This document shows, piece by piece, positions 12,089 through 24,490 of a stretch of 64,000 bases of DNA. The notes under the pieces are model-generated. The model saw only the letters and a program-made list of their open reading frames with translations, made no database searches and was not told where the DNA came from. Source of the stretch: Neoechinorhynchus agilis (lineage: Eukaryota; Animalia; Acanthocephala); the NCBI GenBank assembly GCA_051530055.1, contig CM121342.1, forward strand, positions 8,571,480 through 8,635,479, in the 5' to 3' direction. Within the stretch, counting starts at the first letter, position 1. Every line of letters starts with the position of its first letter. Position numbers and translations under genes: made by a program.

Positions 12089-13700
12089 ATGCCCGATTGT
12101 AACCCCTGCACTGTGTTGCGTATTTGCCCTTTGGGCCCGATAGCCTTCTCACTCACAGTCAATCTCGTCGCGCACTCTCTCCAGTCCAGCCTTAACGGCT
12201 GGTATCTGGACAATGCCACGCTCGGAGGTAACCATTCTGTAGTACTACGCGATTTGGAGACACTCGTGAAGGAGGCGGCCTGCGAAATGCGAGATTTTAG
12301 TGATGAATGTGGAAGATGAGGCTATCAGGCAAACTATCGTGAAAGATTTGCAGAACCTGACCCCCCCAGGATAGAATTGATCACTTTAGACCTGTTGAGT
12401 CTTCTAGAAAGTTGCATTTTTGGTCATATTACTGACGCCGAAATCGCCAATCTTCAACCGCAACTGTCGGTGCTGTGCGAACGAGTTGATGAATCATCTT
12501 CACACGAAGCTCTGTTCCTGATCAAGAACATCCTATATTTCCCAAATTGCTGTATAAGCTGCGCACAACACCTTTTTTAGACATAAGGAAAAGCTGACAG
12601 AATTAGACGAGACGGTGAAAGCCTCTCTCGAGAAAATTTTAAATACTCAGCTGTCAGACAAGTGTCATTGATTGTGCTGTCCGGCGGTTTGGGTATCCGA
12701 AAAAAAGCTGGTATTTCTCTGCCAGCTTATTTGGGATCGTATGAAGCGAGCCGCAAAATAGTTCAATCTTTTCTTGGCGAGAATTACACTTTGGATGAAG
12801 ATTTCGTGGAGGCTCTTAATCTTTGTTGTGGAGATTCAGGCAGCGAGCAGGTACCCGTTGATGGTTGCAAACAATCAGTTTGGACTAACCCATGGTAGCG
12901 AGAATCCATAACTCTTTATTTTCAGAATCTCGTGACCTGGTGAACCGAACTAGATTGGCGGCAGTCTCTAAAATAGAATCAGGTGATTGGCTCAGTGCTA
13001 TCCAAATCGTTTCTGTGGGTTCACTCCAACGAGACAGTAAAGATTGTAGTGACCAACTGAGACTTGGGGTTCCGATGTGCACATCCCATCGTTGCCGTTG
13101 CGGAGCGACCGTGAAACCATCGGGACGCTATGGTCTCGTCTGTCGGCAATCTGGCGGAAGGTACTCACGGCACGCCTAAGTGAATGCAAATCTTAGTCGT
13201 GCCCTGAATATTGAGAATGCGCCAAACATCCTAGAGCCGAGCAATCTTTGCCAACTCGATGGATAGCCAACAACATAAAATTCGCCGCTATTAAACCGGA
13301 GGAGGAGAAGCGACCATGTCTGAAGAACGGGAATATCTTGGATTATTATCTTCGACGGAAGGGCGGGGGAAGATACTTTCTTTTTCCTGGTTTTGCCACC
13401 CCGGGAATTTAAATTCACGGCGTCCAGGAAATATCGGAAATAAATTAGTGAATTTTTGAATCCCTGCGATGGCAAAACTAAGATAAAGGAAATTAAAGCG
13501 ATATTTCGTTTCCTTTGAGGTCGAGACACTTGGGGGCGTTTGGTAACGCGGCGCAGGGCCTCGTAGATCAATTGTCTAAGAGACTGAAACAAAAGTCTGC
13601 CTATGGAATGGAAGGGAGCACTGAATCTGTGCTTTTGATTGTTACACCAGGACCGCAGCTGAGTGATCCAGAGAAGCGGTGGTGTAGATGTTTTTCGAAC
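12089..13700 (+). mobile_element. Degenerate CRE-like non-LTR retrotransposon (RT plus zinc-finger/RLE remnants)
   Basis: PLGPIAFSLTVN, YLDNATLGG, LRLGVPMCTSHRCRCG, GLVCRQSGGRYSRH; many stops and frameshifts. Confidence 0.8.
13330..13520. repeat. Dispersed repeat nested in a CRE remnant
   Basis: Near-identical copy at about 33465-33650; partial copies in both orientations at about 14960-15090. Confidence 0.75.
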
Positions 13701-13845
13701 TCTTTTTGTCCCGGATATTTGTAAATTCTTTTTTTGAACACATTATCTCAATAATTTTTCTTCCGTATAATAAAACGTAATAGAATTCATCACAAACGAT
13801 GAGCAACAAACAGCGCACGATTACTGTGTTTTGTTCATTGTAGCT

Positions 13846-14298
13846 TTATTCGTTCCTACATGTTTCGCAGTCTTGTATTTCCCACAATCTATCGAGCAAA
13901 TCTTGTAACTTGTCGTCTGTTATTTTTTCATCCAAAGTTGGAATTAAACATTTCGCTTCCTCACTGTTCTTTGGCAACAAATTTACTAATGTTACTATTT
14001 CGTATGGATGTGCATCGAATGCTCTTGCTATTGCTGCTTCCGCTTCTCTTAAAAAATGATCGTTCTTGAATTTCGCTACTTTTTCGCAATATTTAAACAT
14101 TTCTGAACTTCGTTTTGCGTTCCTTGTTTGTTTCGTAAAATCGTTCATGCGATCCTTCAAAATTAAATACACGTCACTGATTGATGCGATTCTGGCTTCC
14201 GGTTCGATTTTCGGTAAAACTAAGCACGAAGCATCTTCTTCATAAAAGGATTCGAGAATTGCACTTTGCTTTGGATTAGGCCGTTGAATCGCTGACAT
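13846..14298 (-). CDS. POLR2D: RNA polymerase II subunit RPB4
   Basis: EEDASCLVLP, HPYEIVTLVNLLPKNSEEAKCLIPTL, DDKLQDLLD match the RPB4 HRDC-like fold; intronless from ATG 14298. Confidence 0.85.
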   Translation of the reverse strand: MSAIQRPNPKQSAILESFYEEDASCLVLPKIEPEARIASISDVYLILKDRMNDFTKQTRNAKRSSEMFKYCEKVAKFKNDHFLREAEAAIARAFDAHPYEIVTLVNLLPKNSEEAKCLIPTLDEKITDDKLQDLLDRLWEIQDCETCRNE

Positions 14299-14946
14299 CT
14301 GTAAATGTAACAAAATCACGGCAAAGCAAAAGTGATTTCTAGTTCTATCAAATCGTCCTTTCGTGATATTCGATTTAAGAATGCTCTGTTCTTTTTTTTC
14401 AGAAAAAGGATACGCGTTTTATTCCTAACAGAGATTTCTTTGCACGAACGTAATTGTAGGAGCAACGCTCTTAGCGTCGTCTTTATTGTTATGCTGCGAA
14501 AAGCGAAGAATGCTTTGTTCCGTGTCTATGCTTCGTTCTGTGGATATCGAAATGCGTTGATAGGTTGCGATAATGCGCTTTCAAAAATTTTAATTTCGCG
14601 TGTTATGAATTTCTCGATTTTTGTCCGCTTAGCACCTCAAATGGTTAGGCGAATCCGCAAATTATTTTTCAATGATATTCTAAATGTATGGATCCAAATC
14701 CGATTTGGTCGCTTATCATTTTTGATTTCCTTGAATTTGTATTCGCGACCGCCTTCTTTTTTGAACAAAACGTGTTGCTCCTACAATTACGTTCGCGCAA
14801 AGAAATCTCTGTTAGGAATAAAACGCGAATCCTTTTGCTGGCAAAAAAACGAGCAGAGCGTTCTTAAATCGAATATCACGAAAGGACGATTTCATAGAAC
14901 TAGAAATCACTCTTGTTTTACTGTGATTTTGTTACATTTACATATG
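14296..14946. mobile_element. Foldback element with about 170-bp inverted arms
   Basis: 14332-14468 is the reverse complement of about 14771-14910 with a few mismatches; pairing extends outward to the RPB4 start region. Confidence 0.8.
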
Positions 14947-15245
14947 TTTTTTGTAGTAATACCACCCCGCCGGATTCAAAAATTAACTAATTTATTTCCG
15001 ATATTTCATGTCGGATAATTTCGACATATGACAAATCTTGCGAAAATGTCGACGTGAAATATCGGAAATGAATTAGTGAATTTTTGAGGCCGTCCCATCG
15101 CTTCGCTCGGGGACGGCACATTTTTCGCTTCGCTCGGAACCTGGATGTTACACAGTAATATGAAGACGGAAAATTGCCCACCAAAAATGAGCAAAGTGAA
15201 AAGACCGAGCAAACTTTCAACGCAGACAACTTGAACGCGCCACAC

Positions 15246-15682
15246 TTCTTCGTCGATTATACGAGCCGTATTCTCACTGTACGGCTTGTCAAATGAAGGT
15301 TCACCAGGCTGAGCTGTTTCAAATGAGATCGGACCGAGTTCCTTACTCATTCCATAGTGCACAATCTGCGCATACGCCATTTGAGTAACCTTCCGAAGAT
15401 CATCATGGGCACCGGTGCTAAGTTTATCAAAGAAAATCAATTCTGATGCTCTTCCTCCCAATGCCATGCACATCCGGTCCATTAATTCCGCTTCCGTGTA
15501 TATACTTTGTTCTGTTGGCAAGTATTGAGCATATCCTAAACCACGCCCACGAGGTATTATCGACACTTTGAGCAGAGCATCGGCATGTTCTAGAAACCAT
15601 CCACAAATCGCATGACCGGCTTCGTGAAATGCCACTGTTCGTTTTTCACCAGGTTTCAAAATTTTTGTCTTCTTTTCCAAGC
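15246..15682 (-). pseudogene. AFG3L2: Isolated exon of an m-AAA protease (AFG3L2/paraplegin family, M41 peptidase domain)
   Basis: GLEKKTK...[16 protein letters not shown]...GYAQYLP...LGGRASE...[12 protein letters not shown]; canonical acceptor ctaag at 15683. No AAA-domain exons are seen upstream and the C-terminus is lost in a repeat. Confidence 0.7.
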
Positions 15683-15699
15683 CTTAGAGGAAATAAAAT

Positions 15700-17110
15700 G
15701 GGTCAGTCGCAAGTCAGATGGAAACGATTTTAGAGCTCACACTTTCCAGCATTAAGCTCAACGCCCAATCTCGCAGTCTCAGTAATCAGCGTCTCCAAAT
15801 CGCGCAGTACAACGGAGGGATCACCTCCGAGCGTAGCGTCATCCAAGTAAGAAGCGTTGAAGTTGGAATGGAGAGAGTGCGCTATTGGATTTACTGTTAG
15901 GGAGAATGCGATTGGACCGAGGGGATCTCCTTGCTGCACTCCTCTTTCGGACCAAATGAGGTGGTCTTCGAAAAGCAAAGGGGTCTCCGTCCCGTAGGCA
16001 TTGAGAAAATACTGGAAGGCTTCTGGTGCGTGATCCCTAATTGCGCAGAACAGGCTTTCTCTATTGAGAGAGTTAAAGGCATTCTGAAAATCACACTTAA
16101 GAATCACACACGGCTCTGAACTCCTCGTAGTAAAGTTTCGGAGCGCGTAGACAATAGCTTCCGCCCTGCAGGATGTGCAGCAGCCCAGTTGGACTGGGCG
16201 AAGTTGCTGCCCGGTTTTCTCTGTGATACGTTTACAGAGAATTTTTCCTGCAAGTCGGTGTATCGTCGAAGATACGGCGATGGGACGAATCCCACCTTCT
16301 TTTTTTGTGAAGGCACATAATGATGCTCCGAAAAATAGGTCTTTTGTAAGGGGATTCATGTCCTCTCCAGTCAGGTGGTCGACGCCTCACCAGCAGTAAT
16401 GGACATCATTTCCTTTAGGTGCTGAAGCCTTAGCCCGTCAAGCCCATGACCCGAACCATTTGCAAAAGATGAGATGGCCTTTATTAACTCTGAAAATTGA
16501 GTATTGTATGGAAGGAGGTGGGATTTCAAAACTGCCGCTACTCCATGGGTGTTTTGACGGGAGTATTTGTAGTGTCTCGTTGTCTCCTTGTGCAAAACTG
16601 TCGGAGGATGATAATAACCGAACAGCCCCCCGAACATCTCCGTCCGCTAGCTTCGAAGAGACACGTTCAGTCAGGGATCGCTTTGAAAAACGGCAACGAA
16701 ACCCTTCCTTCGTGCGTCCCTTACAAACCTCGCGAAATTTCATTTCAAAATTGTTAAATATTTGTTCAAAAAATGCCACCCTTTAATTGATTGTTGATGT
16801 CAAGGACACCCCGGAATCATCACTGGTGCAAAAGACTAAGCACGGGAATGCGAAGAGCCGTGTCCATGATGGCGTAGAGTTCTTTTGGAGGCAATCGTTG
16901 AGCAATCCCGTAAATGCTTTGGCGACCTGATATCGTGCGCCTTTTGGGATCCGTTTCAGGGCGTTCCTGGACAGAAACCGCACGATATCAGGTATCGAAA
17001 TAGAGTCAGTGGTGATCCGAGAGGTCCAAGGCATAAAAAAATCGGTTGATTGTCGTGGAGAACCAGAAACGCTACAGCGGAGATCCGGGGGACCATGGGC
17101 AAACATTTGA
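15700..17110 (-). mobile_element. CRE-like non-LTR retrotransposon fragment (N-terminal region and RT)
   Basis: GGIRPIAVSSTIHRL, CDFQNAFNSL, GVQQGDPLGP, YLDDATLGG. Confidence 0.85.
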
Positions 17111-17373
17111 ATTACTAAAGATTAGTTTAAAGATTTAACGATTTACGTGGTCATTATCTCGCTATTTCTCGCTTTTTTTGCATTTAAAAAGCACTAATAA
17201 TGTGTTCACTGTAACATTTAAGAACTCAAGTTGATTTTTTGAGTGATGAAATGCACATAAAAGACTAAAAATTCTCCTCATTTCGTTCGCTTGTCGTTAT
17301 TTAAGAAAAGGTAATTTCCCCATATCCTGAAACCAAACACGAGGCGAAACTTAAAGCTATAAAAGTGAAACAT

Positions 17374-19592
17374 TTATTTTTTTCTTCCACCGCGTTCCTT
17401 CAAAACCAACGCGACGCTCGAATCCGGAACAATATTATAATAGGCGATTGTGTAGGCATCTTTCATGAACATGCTCTAAATTCGGAGAATAAATCATTCG
17501 TTGCAAAAGGTGCTGTCGAAAACGTACCTGATATTGTAATTTTTGTTTACTAACAGGCAAATTGATACTTTCGGTTATTTTTTTCTTTAGCGAAGAAACC
17601 TTATCCATAAGAGCGAGAGTAACGGTAATTGATTGTCCATTAAGAAGCCATTCACTATGCTTAGCATCCTGGTGCTCCGGGACGTCGACATTAAAGCCGA
17701 TCAACGCTTCGTCCCCGCCGTAACGGACAGCGAATTCCCTTTCCGGAATTAAATGTTGTTCATTCTCGTTCAATCTAGCCATTTTTACCGCACTGGCCGA
17801 TGAACTGACTAACGTTTCGGGTCGCTTAGACGGAGGGGACGATGGTCTTGGTGGTTCCGGGGGTAATAATCCTAGCATGTTTGTTATGTTACCTCCAGCT
17901 CCTCCACTTGCGTCTTTATGAGGGCCAATCCGTGATGCGTTCTCAAGAAGACCTTGAGCTCGATGGATAACACTGATTTGATCTTCGACTGTTATATTCT
18001 TCATAGCTTTCTTCGTAGTCTTCTCAACCGTAGAACTATGACCATCCCACATGGGTCTATCGTCCACTATCCTTACATCTTCCTCCCCGATCTTTTTCCC
18101 AATCATCGTCTCTTGATCGCCTTCACCGAAAATATCAGTTCGGCGTTCAGCTAACTTCTTAAGTTCAGACTGAACATTTCCGCATTCTGCATAGACCTCC
18201 TCCTGCTCCATTCGCTCTTTAATCTCCCGTTCTTTTATCTGAGCCCAACGTGGATCCAGCGTTGCATAACGCATATGTTCAGCAAGTTTATCGGCGGCAA
18301 CCTTCTCGCCGGTGATTGGTGATATCAGAAACGATGAATTTTTGGAAGCAGATCCGGCGGTTGATGAGACTGCCGATAACGGTTTTGCCTTTGGATCATA
18401 AGGCTTGATCAATACATCGCCTACTTGCGGAGGCTTCGGAGCGGCTGCTTGAGGCGACGGCGGTGCTGGTAATTCCGGCTTAATCGGTGGAGGCGATACA
18501 GCAAGTATTGGTGGCTCTATCGCTGCATTTGCTGCAGCCTCTTGTACTGCAGCGAAGGATTGTCTTTCCTCTTGAATAAGCCTCGCTCCAACTTCAGCTG
18601 GATTAGTCGGCATGGGAAAGTCGCCTAGTTCGTCTTGGTGGTAGTCGACCGTTTCAACAACTACGAAATCATGCCAATCGATGCGAGCATACGCGACACG
18701 TTCTCGTTCGGCTGCTTGTTCAATCCGAGATCGCTCTCGTTCTTGGTACGCTGCAAATTCCACACGGCATTTCAAAGATTCTAACACCCTATGAGGCTCG
18801 TCGATTTCTCTTTGAAAACGGCTTATTATATCTTTTGGATAAAGGAGAATTTTGGTAAGCTAAGCGAATCTTTTCGAAAAAAGGTGCCTTGAAAGGACCA
18901 AGAAAGATTCGCTCGAAGTATAATGTTCAATGAGTTTTGTAAAGTAAGAAAAAAGACTATGCTGAGGTCTTAGAAAATCGAACTGGGCGTTTCTTTGTTC
19001 TCGATTCATCAATCCAATCAGAAACTGACGGCCATTTCGCGCAACGAACTGAGCTGTTAGTTTCACAAGATCCAAATCGAATGCAGATATAGACGGCGGA
19101 TCAATGGTGAACTCAAGTTCAGGTGGAGGTGGGGGAGGTTCAGTTGGATATACAGCTCGTCGTACTTGCTCTTGGACTCGTTCAGGGATCTAAAATAAAA
19201 TGTAAAAGCAATGAGACATTGATGAGCTCAAAAAACCTACCTTCTGACCGGTTGATTGAGAAGACGTAAGATTCCCTCCGATGGATTCTTCGAGCTTATG
19301 TTTGTAGTAACCATGATATGGATCAGACGGATTGAGAAAAGAAAACCGATTTGTACCAGCTTCCTGTTGTCTTATTCGCGCTTCAAATTCAGCCCCGTTT
19401 CGAGCGACAAACAGCGCTGTCTTGTCAACAATGTCTATGATATTTATGTTTTTCTAAAAATAAGATTTCACTCATCTTACTTCGTATCTCAAGCGGAGGA
19501 TAAATTATTCCAATCTTTGTTTTTCGAGGTTCCGCCAAAGTTTCCGATTGAGCGTCATCAATATCCATCGTACAAGTTTCAGGCGCAGCCAT
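17374..19592 (-). CDS. SF3A1: Splicing factor 3A subunit 1 (two SURP modules, C-terminal ubiquitin-like domain)
   Basis: GIIYPPLEIRNIVDKTALFVARNG, VKLTAQFVARNG, IDWHDFVVVETVDY, RRTDIFG, KERGGRKK. Three canonical introns plus one non-canonical insert. Confidence 0.93.
18854..18916 (-). other. Candidate non-GT/AG insert (63 bp), 11-bp perfect inverted repeat, TAC direct repeat
   Basis: TAT ACT|TCGAGCGAATCTTT ... AAAGATTCGCTTAGCTTACC|AAA ATT restores EHYT-KILL; contains an in-frame TAG. Confidence 0.65.
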
Positions 19593-19839
19593 CTTCAAAG
19601 AAGACATAATAAATTCGGCATCAAGATGATGTCTCCTTCAGAGTTTAACATAAACAATGAAATTGATTTTTGCAACCAATCACAGATTACAATTTGAAAA
19701 ATTGTTAAGATTTTAAACGCATGAGATTCTTTCGCGGATTGAAACGATTGCGAGATTTAAAACGCAGTAAAAAAGTTTTCACGAAAAAAATTTGATTGCC
19801 TTTCCATGCGTTCCAAAAGATCAAAGACAGTGACGTTCA

Positions 19840-22800
19840 CAATATAATTATAAAACATTTTATTTCACAAAGTAGAGAAACCATGTCGCAGGTAGGTGGG
19901 AAAGTTGTGATTTTCTTTGTAGATAAATTTGTGAGCTTGGTCATTCCTCGGGTCCATTTCAGGTTATGATATCTGAGAAGATTGGGCGGCATGGAAAAAG
20001 GAGCGTAGGTGTGGGAGATGAAAGGAATTTGGATTAGTGAAAAGGGGACGATATGTGGAAGAAATTGTGGTGGTAGGGATGAAAAGCGTTTTAATTGTTT
20101 GATGAAAATAGCATCAAGGCATTCGGTGAGAGGGGGAAAGTCAGTTGTGCAAATTTTAGATGCTCTTTTGTGAAGAATTTCAAGACGGCGGATTTGATAT
20201 TTGGATAGGTTGCGAAATTCGAGGTAACCGTAAATGAGGGATGGTAAGATAAAGCGGAAGTAAAATTTGTAGGGGTCGGGTGAAGGGATTTCTAAATATA
20301 GGATGCGTCTGAGGAGATAAATTTTAAAAGTGTTGTGCTTGAGGGAGAGAGTGATGCGCGAGTCCCATTTCAAATTCGATTGAAATTTGATACCCAGAAT
20401 TCTTAGGGAGGTGACTCGTAGAATGTAATTTAGAAGCTCAGGGGATGTTGTGGGGTTGCGGAAGAGAGATGGGATCATTTCGAAGCATTTAGAGAAATTG
20501 AGATGGAGTTTGTGATTAGTTCAGAAATCTTTTATGTGTGTGATTTCTTTAGAGGTTAAAGAAAGGGAGAGGTGGGGTGATGAATGGGTGACGGGGCCGC
20601 ATTGTTCGTAGCTTATGATCTTTGTTTGATTTATACCATATCAATTCCACTGAACGATGCACGATAGATAATATTGTGGATGACTTTTGCAGCAAAGACG
20701 ACGGATTTGATATTTGGATAGGTTGCAAAATTCGAGGTAACCGCGGGTGAGGGAAAGTAAAATGAAGTTTAAGTAAAATTTGTAGAGATCTTGTGAAGGG
20801 ATTTCTAAATGTTAGAGGCGCCCAAAATTCTGAGGGAGGTGACTCGTCAGATGTAATGTAATCAGTGCATAAATCTTTGATGTGGATGTTTTTCGTTAGA
20901 TGTTAACTGGAAGGAAGAGGTGATGATTCAGTGATCAGATCGTCGATATATAAGAAAAATTTAAAGACGAGAGAGACTTGTTATAGCTTAGTTTTGGCAT
21001 ATTTGATAAATTCGACTTTCTGTATGAGCTTAAGTTTATGAAAAGAATTGGGATTACGAGTGTTGCGATGTTGTGAACAGGGGAATATGAAACATTTCAA
21101 GGCGACGGATTTGAGATTTGGAAAGGTTGCAAAGGACAGGATAACCGTAGATGAGGGAAGGTAAAATAAAGCTGTTATAGAATTTGGAAGTAAATTTGAA
21201 AGTATTTCGTTTAAAAGGAAAATGTAATGTGCGAGTTCCATTTCAGATTTGATTGAAATTAAAGACCAAGAATTCTGAGGAGAAGGCGACTCTTTGGATT
21301 ACATTTGGAAGATTGGTGCAGGAAATGGGGTTGCAGGAGATTGAGGGGATCATTTCGCAGCATTTAGAGAAATTCAGGTGGAGTTTGTAATCGGTGCATA
21401 AATCTTTGATGTGGATGTTTTCGTTAGATGTTAACTGGAAGGAAGAGGTGATGATTCAGTGATCAGATCGTCGATATATAAGAAAAATTTAAAGACGAGA
21501 GAGACTTGTTATAGCTTAGTTTTGGCATATTTGATAAATTCGACTTTCTGTATGAGCTTAAGTTTATGAAAAGAATTGGGATTACGAGTGTTGCGATGTT
21601 GTGAAAAGGGGAATATGAAACATTTCAAGGCGACGGATTTGAGATTTGGAAAGGTTGCAAAAGACAAGATAACCGTAGATGAGGGAAGGTAAAATAAAGC
21701 TGTAATAGAATTTGGAAGTAAATTTGAAAGTATTTCGTTTAAAAGGAAAATGTATTGTGCGAGTTCCATTTCAGATTTGATTGAAATTAAAGACGAAGAA
21801 TTCTGAGGAGAAGGCGACTCTTTGGATTACATTTGGAAGATTGGTGCAGGAAATGGGGTTGCAGGAGATTGAGGGGATCATTTCGCAGCATTTAGAGAAA
21901 TTCAGGTGGAGTTTGTAATCGGTGCATAAATCTTTGATGTGGATGTTTTCGTTAGATGTTAACTGGAAGGAAGAGGTGATGATTCAGTGATCAGATCGTC
22001 GATATATAAGAAAAATTTAAAGACGAGAGAGACTTGTTATAGCTTAGTTTTGGCATATTTGATAAATTCGACTTTCTGTATGAGCTTAAGTTTATGAAAA
22101 GAATTGGGATTACGAGTGTTGCGATGTTGTGAAAAGGGGAATATGAAACATTTCAAGGCGACGGATTTGAGATTTGGAAAGGTTGCAAAAGACAAGGTAA
22201 CCGTAGGTGAGGGGAAGGTAAAATAAAGCTGTAATAAAATTTGGAGGCAGAATTTGAAAGTATTTCGTTTAAAGGAAAATGTATTGTGCGAGTTCCATTT
22301 CAGATTTGATTGAAATTAAAGACCAGAATTCTGAGGGAGAAGGCGACTCTTTGGATTACATTTGGAAGATTGGTGCAGGAAATGGGGTTGCAGGAGATTG
22401 AGGGGATCATTTCGCAGCATTTAGAGAAATTCAGGTGGAGTTTGTAATCGGTGCATAAATCTTTGATGTGGATGTTTTCGTTAGATGTTAACTGGAAGGA
22501 AGAGGTGATGATTCAGTGATCAGATCGTCGATATATAAGAAAAATTTAAAGACGAGAGAGACTTGTTATAGCTTAGTTTTGGCATGTTTGATAAATTCGA
22601 CTTTCTGTATGAGCTTAAGTTTATGAAAAGAATTGGGATTACGAGTGTTGCGATGTTGTGAAAAGGGGAATATGAAATATTTCAAGGCGACGGATTTGGA
22701 AAGGGTGCAAAAGACAAGATAACCGTAGATGAGGGAAGGTAAAATAAAGCTGTAATAGAATTTGGAAGTAAATTTGAAAGTATTTCGTTTAAAAGGAAAA

Positions 22801-23050
22801 TGTATTGTGCGAGTTCCATTTCAGATTTGATTGAAATTAAAGACCAAGAATTCTGAAGCGAAGGCGACTCTTTGGATTACATTTGGAAGATTGGTGCAGG
22901 AAATGGGGTGCGAGGATCGTAAGAGTTCATTTCGAAGCATTTAGAGAAGTACGTGAGTCGCGTCATCGCAAAAGAATTAGATTTTCGTACATTCTTCCGT
23001 GCCAATGTCGTCACACAAAGAGTCCAAACGACATTCGAGGCGTTGAAAAA
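19840..23050 (-). mobile_element. Decayed CR1/L2-like RT region containing an internal tandem array
   Basis: LRILGIKFQSNLKWDS, FILPSLIYGY, LEILHKRASKIC in ORF 19837..20478; a degenerate FCDD-like RT remnant near 22950-23050. Confidence 0.7.
20860..22910. repeat. Tandem array, about 528-bp unit, about 4 copies
   Basis: Repeated 86-aa pseudo-ORFs start 528 bp apart (20981, 21509); the same unit recurs at about 22037 and about 22565. Confidence 0.9.
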
Positions 23051-23091
23051 CATTGAAAAACCCTTTTTTTTGGTTCGCAAGCACAAAAGTC

Positions 23092-23607
23092 TTAACCTCC
23101 TTTCTTCTTGGCGACACCAACAGTTCTTCCCTTCCTGTTTGAATTTCTTGTATGTTGACCACGAACTCGGAGATCCCAATAGTGACGTAGACCACGATGA
23201 GCCTTAATCTTTTTCAAACGTTCAATATCCTCACGAAGTTTAACATCTAGAACGTTCGAAGTCACTTGGCTGTACTTTCCATCTTTATAATCCTTTTGTC
23301 TGTTAAGAAACCAATTCGGAATATTGTACTGCCGTGGATTCGCCAAAATGGTCATTATCGACTCAACTTCTTCATCACTCAACTCTCCAGCTCTTTTGTT
23401 TAGATCGATTCCAGCTTTCTTTAAGAGTGCATGACTCATTCGACGACCAATACCTTTGATGGCGGTCAAAGCAACAGCTACCTTTTGGTTGCCGTCAACG
23501 TTAGTGTTCAGAACTCGCAAAATGTGTTGGAAATTTGACGGAAGCATCAACGACGACTAAATAACACAATTAAATTGAGCAATTAATAGAAAACAACAAT
23601 ATACCAT
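23092..23607 (-). CDS. RPS18: 40S ribosomal protein S18 (uS13)
   Basis: [14 protein letters not shown]...[11 protein letters not shown]...HRGLRHYW. An ATG-only first exon (23607-23605) is followed by a 48-nt GT-AG intron (23604-23557). Confidence 0.96.
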
Positions 23608-24084
23608 TTTCTTAACGAGATTCTCTCGACAAACCGCCGCAGAGAGAGCGGAAAATGTGAGCAGAGTTGCGTGAAACGGAAGAATTATGCGAAATGCGAC
23701 GTCACCGAAAAAGTCAAACACGCTAAGATACGCTCTTATTTTTAAAGAATGAAATCACGCTTGAACTCGTTCTTTAGTAGAAATCGTTTATTTGGAAAGT
23801 TTTCGTAAATTTGATTGAGATCAAGACGACCATTATAAAGTACCGCCTCTTCACATGGTAAATGATTTTTTGTTGCTGAAGACGTTTCTATCTTCGTCGA
23901 GTTCGTCAGTCTCGTTTTTTACTTCCTCGATCGGCATATCGACATTTAGTTACCGCATTTGTTTAATGAACCCCTTTAAAATTTGGAATCTTCGATTTCA
24001 AAACAAATTTCTTAAAGCTCTTCTTTGAATCGGATTCTGGTATGTCGATAAAAAACAACCTTGAGTGCCCTTTTACTATCTTAC

Positions 24085-24490
24085 CTTTTTAAATTTTCTT
24101 TTAAATTCATTCTTTAAATTAGTGGCTCGAGTGAGACTTTGTAAAATCCTTTTGGCTTTATTCCTAGAAAAGAATTTCATTTTTCTTTTAAATGAATTGT
24201 TTAAATTAGTGGCTCGAGTGAGACTTTGTAAAATCCTTTTGGCTTTATTCCTAGAACAGAATTTCATTTTTCTTTTAAATGAATTGTTTAAATTGGTGAC
24301 TTTGTTGAGACTGTAAGATCCTTTTGGCTTTATTCCTAGAACAGAATTTCACTTTTCTTTTAAATGAATTGTTTAAATTAGTGGCTCGAGTGAGACTTTG
24401 TAAAATCCTTTTGGCTTTATTCCTAGAAAAGAATTTCATTTTTCTTTTAAATGAATTGTTTAAATTAGTGGCTTTGATAAGACTTTGTAA
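24085..24490. repeat. Tandem array, 87-bp unit, about 5 copies
   Basis: agtggctc motif at 24121, 24208, (24295), 24380, 24467. Confidence 0.9.

Noticed and set aside
14332-15229. 228-aa and 80-aa ORFs as host genes
   Set aside because: They run through a foldback element and dispersed repeats and have no recognisable domain.
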